Notes under the pieces: generated by a model | What the model saw: only the letters and a program-made list of their open reading frames with translations | Databases searched by the model: none | Told to the model about the DNA's origin: nothing | Position numbers and translations under genes: made by a program | Source: Schizochytrium sp. TIO01 | Lineage: Eukaryota > Protista > Bigyra: Labyrinthulomycetes | DNA: 64,000 nt | Direction of reading: 5' to 3' | NCBI GenBank assembly: GCA_004764695.1 | Contig: SMSO01000031.1 | Location: 410,436 to 474,435 of the forward strand | Shown: piece after piece, positions 1-10,152 of the stretch | How the letters are laid out: every line of letters starts with the position of its first letter | Position numbering within the stretch: position 1 is the stretch's first letter

Positions 1-3000
1 AGGTCCTGGATCTTCTACTTGGAATGATTCTTGTTTGGCAATTAGTTCTTGTCGAAGAACTGCAACCGCTTTTAGAGCTTTAGCATGATATCGCCGCGCT
101 TTGCGAAGCTTATTTAAAAGTAAGTTGCTAGTATTTGCTCCGAAGGTAGGAGCTTCAGTTTGACCTAGCTCCTGCTGCAACTCAATTTGAAGGCGATGAA
201 CTATTTGCCAATCCGCTGCCCCACCTGGTCCTATCAATGGGTTACAATCTAAATCCTGATTTGATGAACGGCGACCTGAAGTAGACATGCCTAGGCCTTG
301 TAATCTGATGTCTAACTCATCTCGCTCTTTCTCTAACGAAGCTACGTCTTGCTCTGCACGAGACATTTCTTGAAATGCTGAGAGGTTCTCGGTGTATACT
401 GACTCTGCAGTGAGAGTGTGAGTTAAGTTTCTTTGTGTAGCTACCTTTCGTTCTTTCTCTAAGGCAAAGTATTGAGTTTCGAGCCTTGCAACACGCAGTG
501 CCAATTTCAGCTTCTCTTCTTTGATATGCGTTAAATCTTTCAAGATTGCCTTTGCATCAGTATCAAATTCGTCCAACGCGCGTTCATGCGTTTTGGCCGT
601 GTCTGTAAGTGCATTTTCTTCCATTTTTGCCTCGCGCAAATCCTTGCGAGCATCATCATCTTGTTCTCGAAGAAACTGTACTGCTTCACGAGCGCTCCTT
701 AATTCTTCAAGCCGAATAGCTAAACCAGTTGATGCGGACGGGTTAGCGACTGGTGATGCACGTCTCTCCTGGGTTTTTATGAGATCCTTCTGCGGGGCTC
801 TTGCTTGCCCACTATCCAAAGCACCAGCATCTTTTTGGTCAGAAAAAGCGTTTCTGAGCATATTAAGTAGTACCTGATTCTCGACCGTATGCGGTTCCAC
901 TCCAGCAGACACATCGACCTCTTGAGGTACCTGATACCTCGCCTCGATAATCGAATTAGTTTTCGGCGAGTCAGTTGAGAGGGAGTTAAATAGCTCAAGT
1001 TCTGCTGTAAACACACGCTTTCGTCCTAAACATAGATACGCAACAGTTGCAGCCTCCTGTATATCTCTCATCTCACGAGCCATATTGGCAAGTATACTCT
1101 GGTGTATCTGTATGCTTTGTAGATTGTCAGATGAAATATCAGACGGCTCGAGACCATCGAGCTGGCGTAGACAGTCTTGAATGTTTTGCATTGACCTTTG
1201 AAGCGATGGCAGCTTTTTATTGTCTAGCTCCAGGACTTGGTTGTAAAGTGTCGTGAGCTCGCCTGTCCGTAAAAGACCTGCAAAATGATCGTGTGGCATT
1301 TCATGAAGTATTTGTAAGATAGGTTGCGCCACACTAATTGCAGACTGTAAAAAGAGTTCGCCCATGTGTAATAGGCTCAAATTACTTTGTGCTTGTAATA
1401 AACACTCCTGAACAGAAAACCGATGGGCAGTATCCCCTTCACTTGAAGGACTTTGCATTTCATTGAAAGTGAGCTCTGAAACCTGTAAGTTTTGAATGGC
1501 TTGTTCTTTTGCTTCTTTACTTTCTCTTGTAGCCTTTATTACCATCATCAGTTGTCGACGGTCATCCTGGAGTTGAGTAAGGTTTTCCTTAAGAGAAATT
1601 TCATGCCCTGCTATTTCATTAGCTTCTTCAGCTAATGTACCTGGATCTGTTGCATCTGTGGGAGGAGTATTTGTGTCATTATTGACCTGCAAAAGAGACA
1701 TATCATTCTGTCTAGAGAAGGACGTGATTTTCTCTTCTAAAACTTGTAACTGTGTTTCAAGAGCGCTCAACTCGGACTTAATTCTGTCAAGCTCAAGATG
1801 ATTCTGTAAGGGGGCTTCGTGCGCTTGTAAAAGTGCTTGCCATGCTGACCGGGCTTGCTGCGCCGAATGCAAGGCAAGCTTCAAAGCCTCTAATTGAGAA
1901 TGTTGGTGCTCCTCATCAGGTTGATATTGCACAAAGTTGATATGGATACCATGCAGAAAGGGTTTTATTTGATCTGATATAGGTTGAATGCGCCTCTGAA
2001 CTTGATTTGCAACCTCCTTGATTTCGTCTTCTAACAGATTTCGGAGCTGGTCAGAAGTGTCTCGAAGTTTATCAACCTCTGGAAGTGTCTTTTGACCTAA
2101 TCCGCTGGATTGTAGCAAACCTAATGTACCAGCTTCGTGTTGTGAATGGCGGAATCGTTTTTCAGCTCGGTCATAGGCATCACGCTGCTGGAGTAAAACA
2201 TGTGCATCAGGCTGTTTGTAAGACTCCACTAAAGCACTGGTTTCCTTTCCGAGCTGAACCCAATCGGATTTGCAGCGTGCAAATTTTTGTTGACTAATTT
2301 TGAAAGCCTGGTCAAGCGTTTGCACAGCCTCTTCAGTCTTAGCATGCACAACCGAATACATATCAGGGATCCTTGCTCCCAAGTCGCGAGCTTTGCCGGT
2401 AAGGCTTCTCAGTAGGGCATATAGTTCTAGTGCCCACGGGATTATCTCATTGGCTAAGTTCTCAAGAAATCGAAGAACACTAGTACGCGGACTTAGCTCA
2501 CGAAAAATACTGCTGATACTTGCAGCGAAGCTGGCAAGCAGCACATCCACTTGAAGCTGTGTCTTCAGAATAGCTCCTCGTGCTTCAAAAGAGAACTCCT
2601 GAAGTTTTGAGCATTTCAGAAGGTCATGGTGCCGTTCTTTTCGAAGTACAACAAGCTTGTGCTCTGTATATTTTAAACGTGCTGCATCTAAGCTCTGCTG
2701 AGCATCGTGCTCACTTCTAATGAGTTCTTTTGCGCGAGAGAGCATGGCAGGGTTTACAGTGCCTACATATTCTTGTTGAATGCGCGTGAATTGCACTTCG
2801 CAAGCACGGGCTGCACTAATAGCCCGCTCCTGAGCCTGATCTAGAATTTTGCTCAACTCATTTAGTGCCAGTCGATCCTTTGCTAAAGTATTCTGACTTG
2901 CTTGAATGCTTGCCTCTACCTCCATCGCCAATTTTTGGTGTCCTTGAAGTCTCTGTAAAATTTGTTGCTGTCGCTCACGGAAAGTTGCTTGCACCTTGTC

Positions 3001-5991
3001 ACGTGCTTCCCTAATTTTATCACACAAACGGATAATTCGAAGTCTTTGCAAGGTATCTTTGCGTAGTATGATCAAGTCTTCCGTAATTTCTGTATCTGCA
3101 AGATCTCGAAAGTCCAGGTGTATGGCACGGATACTAGATAATAGAATACGCACATCGTACGGAGTGTACGTAAGATCAGGTTCACTTGGATGTCCTGAAG
3201 CAGCTTTACCTTTTGGATGATGCATGTTGAGATTTTGCTGCAAGGCATCGCGCTCTCCATTGCTCGTTTGGAGTTGCTTCTGTTGAGGTAGGTCTCTCTC
3301 CTGGCTACTAGATGAGTCTGGAGAATATTTGTGGGAGGGGACCAGATTTGGGTCATTACTTGTAGGGTCCATTTTTCCCTGCGTCTCGCAGCTTGATGTT
3401 AGACTGGAATCTAACAACACCTTTTGATCCTCCAGAGCAGCCTCGTCATCAAGAAAATGAAGCTCGCTTTCCAAGAGTTGTAGTTTTTCAACAGCATTGT
3501 TAAGTTCCACTCGACGTGCTTCCGCTTTTTCCTCAAGATTCTGACGCTCAGTAGCTTTGCGCGCAAGTTTAGTTTTAAGAAGCAAAACTTGAGACATAAG
3601 TGTACTCTGGTGACCAATCTCTCCTGTTGTAGCCCATAGACCTGTTTCTTCCTGAACAAGGGCATCAAACTTTCCTTCTCGTCGCACGTTCTCTTGTTTA
3701 CTTGCTGCAAGCTCTTGAAGGACCTCCTGCAGATTACTCTGTAACTGAGCCAAACTTGTTTCAAGCTGGGCTGCTTCATCCTCTTCCTGGTGTAAGGTTT
3801 TATTAAGGGAATCGACTTCATTTTCAAGGAGCTCAAGCTGAAGAGTATTATCTGCATTCATACCATGCCGAGGCAAAGGATTTCTGATCTCTTCTTCAAG
3901 TTTTTCCACTTCCACTTCCTTTTGTTTCTCCCGGCGTGATTTGCGAAGGTGTTGACTAATTGCCTTCTCAAGTTCTACTCGATCTTTGTCGAGATGTTCA
4001 TTTTCTTTCAGTATTTGGTCCTTTTCAAGACGCAAGCGCTGAAGAAATTCAGTCATATCTCGTTTTTCTTGAATCCAGGCTCTTCGCTGTTCATGTTTTC
4101 GCAGTCTTCGCCGCCCAGGTTTTGACGATACCGATGCGGATGTGGTCGAATTAAAAGATGAGTTTACATGACTGGCCTCCAAAACAGAGCCTGAGGTTTC
4201 AGGGACCTGGGGTATCTCTGGCTGAGTTCCATCAGTATCGCCTTTGACAGTTTGTTGTGTTTCAGCAAGTTCGCTTGAATTTACCTTTGCACTTTTTGTC
4301 TTCATCACACCAACCATTTTTTTAGGCAAGGTCATTTCTGGATTAAGTATCATAATATCATCAAGACGTTGCATTTCGCGCGTGCAAACTCTTTCGATAT
4401 CAGGATTTCCGCTGGACCGGAGACCTGCAAGAAGCTCATTAAGCTCGTGTTCGTTTTGTTTCAGAACAACTTTAAGATCAGACACCTCTTGCTGGTTTGC
4501 ATTAACTAGGCCACGAAATTTTTCAATTTTTTTTGTAGAAGCCTGTCGTGCGTTTTCCAATAGCTGCTCAATGAGAGCTGCTGGATTTCGAGTACCCGTA
4601 GATTTGCGCTTCTGCAATAATTCAAGTTGAGCAACCTTTTCATCAAACTGAGATTGTAATACTGAATATTGTACTTCAAGTTCATGCTTGCGTATTTGCT
4701 CATCACTCAGTTCAACTCCGCGTCTCTGATTTTTCAAGTGCTTATCATTGAGTGCTTCTTGTCTGATTTTTTCTTCTTCCTCTTCTAGTAGTTGAAGCTT
4801 ATTGTGCTGTTGCTGCTGCTTTAACATTCTTGCTTGCTGTTGCAACCCTGCGTAGAAGCTATTGAGGGCATTGAATTCATGGTACTCTGCTTCAAGAATT
4901 TGAGCATCAACTAATCCCTTTGTATCTGCAAAATCTTGCTCATACTCTGAGGTGAGTGCGAGTTGGGCCTCGAGGACTTTATTTTCCTCGCGCAAGCCAC
5001 GTGAAGCCCGAGCGAGCCAGTTGCCACAACCTCGTAAAGTTGTTTGTCGGTTCATTGATGAAAACTGAGCAACAAGACGATCTACAATTGATTTAGAATG
5101 CGTGCCGAGCATAACTCTTTGGTCAGGTGAAAACTCTTGAGAGCGCCCCTCATAGAGCATCTCCACGAGAATCTTAAGTGCTTCATCAGCCTCAAGTTCA
5201 TCAAGATCGATCTCAGTAGCAATTGCAGAATGAATGCTTGTGCGGGAGGTATGCCTAGTAAGAGCAAATCGTGGCGATGAAGAAGCAGAAGATAGTCTTT
5301 GACGACTTCGTGAAGATGCTGAAGACCATTCTGTGGAAAGATTTTCTAATTTGCCCATGGCGTCAAGGAACCTTTGCTCAGATGCTTTGACTAATTCGTA
5401 GTGTCCTAACACGCTTTGTGGGCGCTTGCTGGCGTTGCCATGCAGATTCGCAGCGCCTCCAAAGAGCTTGTTGTGAATGTTTGCTCGCTCCACGCGCGCC
5501 TTGAATCGGGCGATGCGAGCCGCCCGTTGTGATTTAACAAACCGTGTTTTTCGTTTAATTCTTGATAGAAGCGTAAGACGTTGAGCAAGGGTCTGAAGGG
5601 ATGTCCTTCTTTCTTCAGCATTTGTGTCGAACTCTTCAGTCTCTCTCGTAAGACCTTCATCTTCCTTGTTTTTCGTGAGCGAAGCTCGACTTGATGAGCG
5701 TCGTACTATTGTAATTTGTGCTCCGCCGGGTTTTCTCCCCTTGCTCTGTTGGTCTTTGCTTTTGTAATTAGTACTAATCTCATCGCCCTCACTATCGGTA
5801 TCATCGAAGTCTTCACCTGTTTTATAATTGTTGGCGATGTCGCTGGTTTTCTCTTCATGCTGGCGGTGTTGCTGTGGAAGCTGCAGGCGACGCCTTGATG
5901 ACCCTTGTCGAACATTCCGACGAAGAGAAGGTCGTTTAGAGAGACCACCGGTTTCGCGACGATTGGGTGGGGATGAAGATAGGTTGGGCAT
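1..5991 (-). CDS. Large coiled-coil-rich hypothetical protein, 3'-partial (>=1,997 aa, open to the window edge)
   Basis: ATG at 5991 (MPNLSSSPPNRRETGG...). I hand-translated several stretches (5991-5450, 3360-2280, 1500-1260, 60-1) and found no stop; the product is E/K/Q/L/R-rich and helical, ending ...VLRQELIAKQESFQVEDPGP at base 1. The ORF track lists no ORF in this frame, as expected for a frame with no stop inside the window. No known domain recognised. Confidence 0.85.
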   Translation of the reverse strand, partial: MPNLSSSPPNRRETGGLSKRPSLRRNVRQGSSRRRLQLPQQHRQHEEKTSDIANNYKTGEDFDDTDSEGDEISTNYKSKDQQSKGRKPGGAQITIVRRSSSRASLTKNKEDEGLTRETEEFDTNAEERRTSLQTLAQRLTLLSRIKRKTRFVKSQRAARIARFKARVERANIHNKLFGGAANLHGNASKRPQSVLGHYELVKASEQRFLDAMGKLENLSTEWSSASSRSRQRLSSASSSPRFALTRHTSRTSIHSAIATEIDLDELEADEALKILVEMLYEGRSQEFSPDQRVMLGTHSKSIVDRLVAQFSSMNRQTTLRGCGNWLARASRGLREENKVLEAQLALTSEYEQDFADTKGLVDAQILEAEYHEFNALNSFYAGLQQQARMLKQQQQHNKLQLLEEEEEKIRQEALNDKHLKNQRRGVELSDEQIRKHELEVQYSVLQSQFDEKVAQLELLQKRKSTGTRNPAALIEQLLENARQASTKKIEKFRGLVNANQQEVSDLKVVLKQNEHELNELLAGLRSSGNPDIERVCTREMQRLDDIMILNPEMTLPKKMVGVMKTKSAKVNSSELAETQQTVKGDTDGTQPEIPQVPETSGSVLEASHVNSSFNSTTSASVSSKPGRRRLRKHEQRRAWIQEKRDMTEFLQRLRLEKDQILKENEHLDKDRVELEKAISQHLRKSRREKQKEVEVEKLEEEIRNPLPRHGMNADNTLQLELLENEVDSLNKTLHQEEDEAAQLETSLAQLQSNLQEVLQELAASKQENVRREGKFDALVQEETGLWATTGEIGHQSTLMSQVLLLKTKLARKATERQNLEEKAEARRVELNNAVEKLQLLESELHFLDDEAALEDQKVLLDSSLTSSCETQGKMDPTSNDPNLVPSHKYSPDSSSSQERDLPQQKQLQTSNGERDALQQNLNMHHPKGKAASGHPSEPDLTYTPYDVRILLSSIRAIHLDFRDLADTEITEDLIILRKDTLQRLRIIRLCDKIREARDKVQATFRERQQQILQRLQGHQKLAMEVEASIQASQNTLAKDRLALNELSKILDQAQERAISAARACEVQFTRIQQEYVGTVNPAMLSRAKELIRSEHDAQQSLDAARLKYTEHKLVVLRKERHHDLLKCSKLQEFSFEARGAILKTQLQVDVLLASFAASISSIFRELSPRTSVLRFLENLANEIIPWALELYALLRSLTGKARDLGARIPDMYSVVHAKTEEAVQTLDQAFKISQQKFARCKSDWVQLGKETSALVESYKQPDAHVLLQQRDAYDRAEKRFRHSQHEAGTLGLLQSSGLGQKTLPEVDKLRDTSDQLRNLLEDEIKEVANQVQRRIQPISDQIKPFLHGIHINFVQYQPDEEHQHSQLEALKLALHSAQQARSAWQALLQAHEAPLQNHLELDRIKSELSALETQLQVLEEKITSFSRQNDMSLLQVNNDTNTPPTDATDPGTLAEEANEIAGHEISLKENLTQLQDDRRQLMMVIKATRESKEAKEQAIQNLQVSELTFNEMQSPSSEGDTAHRFSVQECLLQAQSNLSLLHMGELFLQSAISVAQPILQILHEMPHDHFAGLLRTGELTTLYNQVLELDNKKLPSLQRSMQNIQDCLRQLDGLEPSDISSDNLQSIQIHQSILANMAREMRDIQEAATVAYLCLGRKRVFTAELELFNSLSTDSPKTNSIIEARYQVPQEVDVSAGVEPHTVENQVLLNMLRNAFSDQKDAGALDSGQARAPQKDLIKTQERRASPVANPSASTGLAIRLEELRSAREAVQFLREQDDDARKDLREAKMEENALTDTAKTHERALDEFDTDAKAILKDLTHIKEEKLKLALRVARLETQYFALEKERKVATQRNLTHTLTAESVYTENLSAFQEMSRAEQDVASLEKERDELDIRLQGLGMSTSGRRSSNQDLDCNPLIGPGGAADWQIVHRLQIELQQELGQTEAPTFGANTSNLLLNKLRKARRYHAKALKAVAVLRQELIAKQESFQVEDPGP

Positions 5992-6819
5992 TTGTCTGTC
6001 TAACGCGCCGTATGGATTTACATTGACTGATTGGTTGCCCCACCAATTCTATCTGCAAACCCAGTTTTGCTCAGTCATACTGGTCCTTCATTTGTCCGGT
6101 GATCAAAATACGTAGCAACACTTTTTTTCTATACCTACTAGTACCTACATAGTGCCTATTTTGTTTAAAAATTGAAATAGCGCTGGTGTCTTTTTCTAAG
6201 TAGGACTATGTTTATTACCTTCGTTATGTTTTGGATTATTTAATTTTAATTTAACTTTTCATTCTTCATTTAAAAACTAATAATTTTTAATCATAATACC
6301 TCAGACCTGCGGGAGTAGTGTCTCTAGCTAGATACCTCTGGTGTAAAAACGTACCAGCATTTGTAAACTTTAATCCAATGTCTCTAGCTAGAGTCAGACT
6401 ATTAAAGCCTATATTGCTTGGGTAAAAGCTCAAGTCAAAGCATTTAATTCTAGTGACTTTAAACAGTCTGAAGAATCAATCAAATAGATCAATGACGCAA
6501 CCGATTGAAGACTACAGGAGGTGGCAAAATAAATCATTGCTTGGGCTCGTCATGCGCGCCTGGATATACTCTCGTAATGAAAAGGGAACGGAAACAACGA
6601 ACTAGTAAAAGATTTTACGAAAAACTTTTGTGAAAAGATACCTCAGAAAGAAAAGAAGCAGATTGCTTTATATCTAGGAGTAAGTGCAATTTGATATGAG
6701 AGTCAACAGAAATATTTAGAGGTTTCTTGGTTTGTTTGATTATTTGATTTGTTTTTGTTTTTTGCTTTTTGGGGGGTGATTTTTTTTTAGAGTAGGGGGA
6801 TCGAGGGGATGCGCGAGTA

Positions 6820-7441
6820 TCACATATGTTCTTCAACCTCCACGACACGTGACAAAATGTGACGCTGCACCAATTTGTTCATCTCAAACATCCCTGTAAA
6901 TAAATCATACAAAATCAGGTAACGTTAAGTCAGTAATGGACCAAAACAGCAAATAAACAAGACTGAGCGAAGACTTGCTTGCACAGATCGTTAACTTCTT
7001 TGGTTCTTCACACAGTTCGACTAGTGTGGTGCTGACTTACCAACCTTGTCTTTACCAAATAATTGGCGAAGTTTGACATCACAGATGATTTCCCTCCTGT
7101 TATCCGGATTTTGAAGCTTTTTAGCCTTAATGTAATTCCAACTGTGAAAACGCAATGACGTCGATAATCGCCTCAGTTAGATGACTGTGTGCTGACGGAC
7201 ATTTAAGCAAAATCTACTACTGCACCTGCCACAGGCGAATCTGCAAGGATTCAAATAATTGGCTTGTTTTGTTTTGTAGGGGTGTGAGGTTAACTTACAT
7301 GCCCTTGACCACGTCTGCTCGGGTTGCGGTGGCTTGCTCAATCACCTCAAAAAGTTCATAAGTTAGATGGTACAGCGTCTTGCTAATGGGGCTGAGGCGG
7401 ACCTGGCCTTGTGCTCCGTTCATAGCATCTGGTTGGTTCAT
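6820..7441 (-). CDS. Stand-alone SWIB/MDM2-domain protein (105 aa, 3 coding exons: 7441-7299, 7141-7041, 6893-6820)
   Basis: Spliced translation: MNQPDAMNGAQGQVRLSPISKTLYHLTYELFEVIEQATATRADVVKGIWNYIKAKKLQNPDNRREIICDVKLRQLFGKDKVGMFEMNKLVQRHILSRVVEVEEHM*. Both introns have GTAAGT donors and (T)nCAG-type acceptors, and the phases add up (143+101+74=318 nt). The motif R.DVVK.IW.YIK...LQ.P.NRR.I.CD..L..LFG...V.MFEMNK...H is the SWIB signature. Confidence 0.92.
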
Positions 7442-7644
7442 TGTGTGTTTCTATGCACTTATAAACAGTCTATCTTCAACAATTTGATACAGAATTGTAC
7501 ATTCATCAACATTTCCAGAGGGGAGAGAGAAAAAAAAGCAATGATCAATTTCAACATTCCATACGAGGCAAAACCCGTTAGTTATTCTCTTCTTCTCAAA
7601 AGATACTTGTGGTCAAAGCCCTTTCCCAAGCACATTTGCGCACA

Positions 7645-7866
7645 AAATAGTAAAAACAAGCTCTATTCTCTAGGCCAGGTATGGGTACGAAGGACTTTCT
7701 CTTTCTCTCTCTCTCTCTCTAGCTAGGATATCTTCAAATTAGGAGATCCCTGCCTGTCCTCACGAAATAGCAAAACAGCTCTGTTCTGCAGCCCAAGTAT
7801 AAATACGAGATATTTTTGCTCTCTTAAGAACATCACCTCCAAGTCAGGAGCTCCCTGCCTATCCTC
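7645..7866. repeat. Diverged ~120-bp tandem duplication
   Basis: aaatagtaaaaacaagctctattct...aggagatccctgcctgtcctc (from 7645) aligns with aaatagcaaaacagctctgttct...aggagctccctgcctatcctc (from 7765). Confidence 0.7.
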
Positions 7867-8277
7867 TCTGCGAAGTGTTCATATGAGAACCCTCGCAGAC
7901 AGGGCGGCCACTCTTGGGTTCTTCTTGATTGATCGCTGGCCAAGGACTTTTCCTCTATTGTATAGGCATACCCAGAACAAGTTGAGCTCGGGGTTTTCTT
8001 GAAAGGTGTTCACGCTCACTTCTTCAAGCTCTCTGTGCTCAAGCAGCTTCACGCGTCGGCCAAACCCTATGTTGCCCGCATGCATACTCGCATACTTGCA
8101 AGCGAGCGCCCAAAGGCTGGTTCTCCTCGAGAGTGCCTGTCATGTGCCTGTCATGTGCCTGTCTGCCTGCCATCTCCCCTCTTCTTCAAGTGCCAAAACC
8201 TTGGAACTGGAAAAAGAAAGATAAGAAGCACCCCTAACAACATCAACCAAACTCCAAAGCCATTCGGTCACCCAACG

Positions 8278-8700
8278 AGTGAGTGACTGACTGACTGACT
8301 GCCTAGCTCATGCCTGCCTCCCTCCCTCCGCCAGCTCCTCCGCTCCTCCCCGTCCTTCAGCCTGCCTTCGCGCCTGCCTTCGCGCCTGCCGTTCTCCACG
8401 TACCTCGAGCCGAGCTGAGCAGAGCTGAGCTGAGCAGAGCAGAGCAGAGAGCGCCGCCGTCGTCGTTCTCTGCGCCGTCTTCGCCCTTTCTTCTCCTGCC
8501 ACACTGAGTTTGCTGCCTCTTACGGAGTCTAGAGCCACGAGTCCGGAGGGGCGGGCGCCCCACTGCCTCTGCGCGCCCCAGTGGGCTCCCTCTCAGGCAC
8601 CCTGCGCGACGCCTCTCACACAGAGAGGGGCCATTTGCGGAAGTCGCCGCACGCTTTTGTGAGGGGGAAGCGCGCGGGTTTTTTTCCCGCCTCTACTAAG
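8278..8700 (-). promoter_or_regulatory. GC-rich probable promoter / 5'UTR exon region of the SWIB gene, with an E2F-type site (TTTTCCCGCC, 8682-8691)
   Basis: Local GC peak with (GACT)n and (GAGCT/GAGCA)n repeats. A minus-strand donor GAG|GTACGT at 8404/8403 and an acceptor ...GCATAG 9 nt upstream of the SWIB ATG are compatible with a 5'UTR intron. TTTTCCCGCC matches the E2F consensus TTTSSCGC. Confidence 0.4.
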
Positions 8701-8995
8701 GACCGAGTCTCCTCTGAGCCGAGATCGGTGTCCTTTGGAGGGAGGCTGAAATTGAAGGGAATTATGTGAAGGGACTATAGGGTAGGGTCCCTCGTGGGTC
8801 GCGGCCAGTGGAGGAAAGGGGGGGGCGAGCTAAATTATGCCAAATTGATTCTCCAGGTTTCTACGTAGGAGTGCCTACTGGATGTGCTAGGAGGTGGGTA
8901 CGTAGGTAGGGATGTTGTAGTGGGTTAGCAGTAGGTACCTTTACCTACCTACTCTGCACGGAAAGGAGGTAAGTACTTTGAAGTTTCACTTAGGT

Positions 8996-9048
8996 TCTTT
9001 CTTTTTTTCTTTCTTTCTTTCTTTCTTTCTTTTTCTTTAATTTCTTTC
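8996..9048. repeat. (TTTC)n microsatellite / pyrimidine tract
   Basis: Directly visible. Confidence 0.85.
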
Positions 9049-9068
9049 CGAGTCCTTCGACAAATGGT

Positions 9069-9101
9069 GACAGGACTTTGTAATCCTTGCAAAGTCCTGT
9101 C
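9069..9101. repeat. Perfect 12-bp inverted repeat (hairpin)
   Basis: gacaggactttg-taatccttg-caaagtcctgtc; extends to 15 bp with one G-U pair. Confidence 0.8.
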
Positions 9102-9984
9102 GTAAAGATGTGTCTGTATCCCTTCTCAGTATTGCTGATGTTCGTAAAAGCAAGAAAGAGCGAAAGTTGTTGCCATTTTGATGATAAGGTTTGTATGAAA
9201 TCTCCTTTCTAAATTAAAATATACTTATTTTATTTATTTTATTTTAAAAAAATAAAAATAAAATAAAAACTTGATCAAATGAGTTGTACCTAGGTACATT
9301 TATTGATTGGATAAACAGTGCTAGGTACCTACGGTCATCGATGAGGCGTGAAGGATTCTCAGAAAAGCTGACCAAATACAACGTTTGTTCAGAGTTTCAA
9401 GTCGCAAACAGTTCGAAAGCAAAGGAAGAATACGCTGATGATATTTGCGATCACAAACAACTTTTTCTTTTTCTTTTTCCTCCTTCCTGAGTATGAAATT
9501 TCGTGACGGTTTATCATCCATGAAATTTAATAACAACAATTTTTAAATTAAAAAAAAATTAAAAAAAAAATAAAAAGAAGAAACAGAAACAGAAACAGAA
9601 ACACCTCTTTTGCTTTATACTGATTTTATAAAACGAAAGCAAAGAATGCTTTCTACTCTAAAGTTGAAGAACGTTTGGGCATTTCGAAGAAGATTATTCC
9701 GTTTACTGATTACGGTCTTTTGTCTTCTCAGAAACGAGCTGCGACTGCTACTACTCCCACCTACATATATTTAATTAAAAGCATTTCTAAAAGAAATAAC
9801 TGAGCAAGAACTCACTCAGTCATGACTCTACAGCTGTTAAGTGCCCTGATCTTCAAGATCGTGTCACTTCAAGATCGACTAAGTTAGCCTTCTATACTCG
9901 CTCAACTGATCTGAGGGTTAAGCCAGCTTCATGGAGAGGACCTGCGTTCTTTAGGACAACCTCCCACTCATGAGAGGGACTGCT

Positions 9985-10152
9985 AAACCTTCAGGTCTAA
10001 GAGAAACCTTCAGGTCGAAGAGAAACCTTCAGGTCGAAGAGAAACCTTCAGGTCGAAGAGAAACCTTCAGGTCGAAGAGAAACCTTCAGGTCTAAGAAAC
10101 CTTCGAAGTCTAAACCCTTCGAAGTCTATATAACCATCAGGATCTAAATCTT
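9985..10152. repeat. 19-bp minisatellite (AAACCTTCAGGTC[G/T]AAGAG), ~6 copies plus degenerate copies
   Basis: Units start at 9985, 10004, 10023, 10042, 10061 and 10080, followed by shortened variants such as aaaccttcgaagtct. Confidence 0.95.

Noticed and set aside
7879-8769. Short ORFs in the GC-rich block
   Set aside because: Low-complexity, repeat-derived translations; better explained as promoter, UTR or intron of the SWIB gene.
9985-10096. CRISPR-like array
   Set aside because: Units are head-to-tail with no unique spacers, and the context is eukaryotic with no cas genes.
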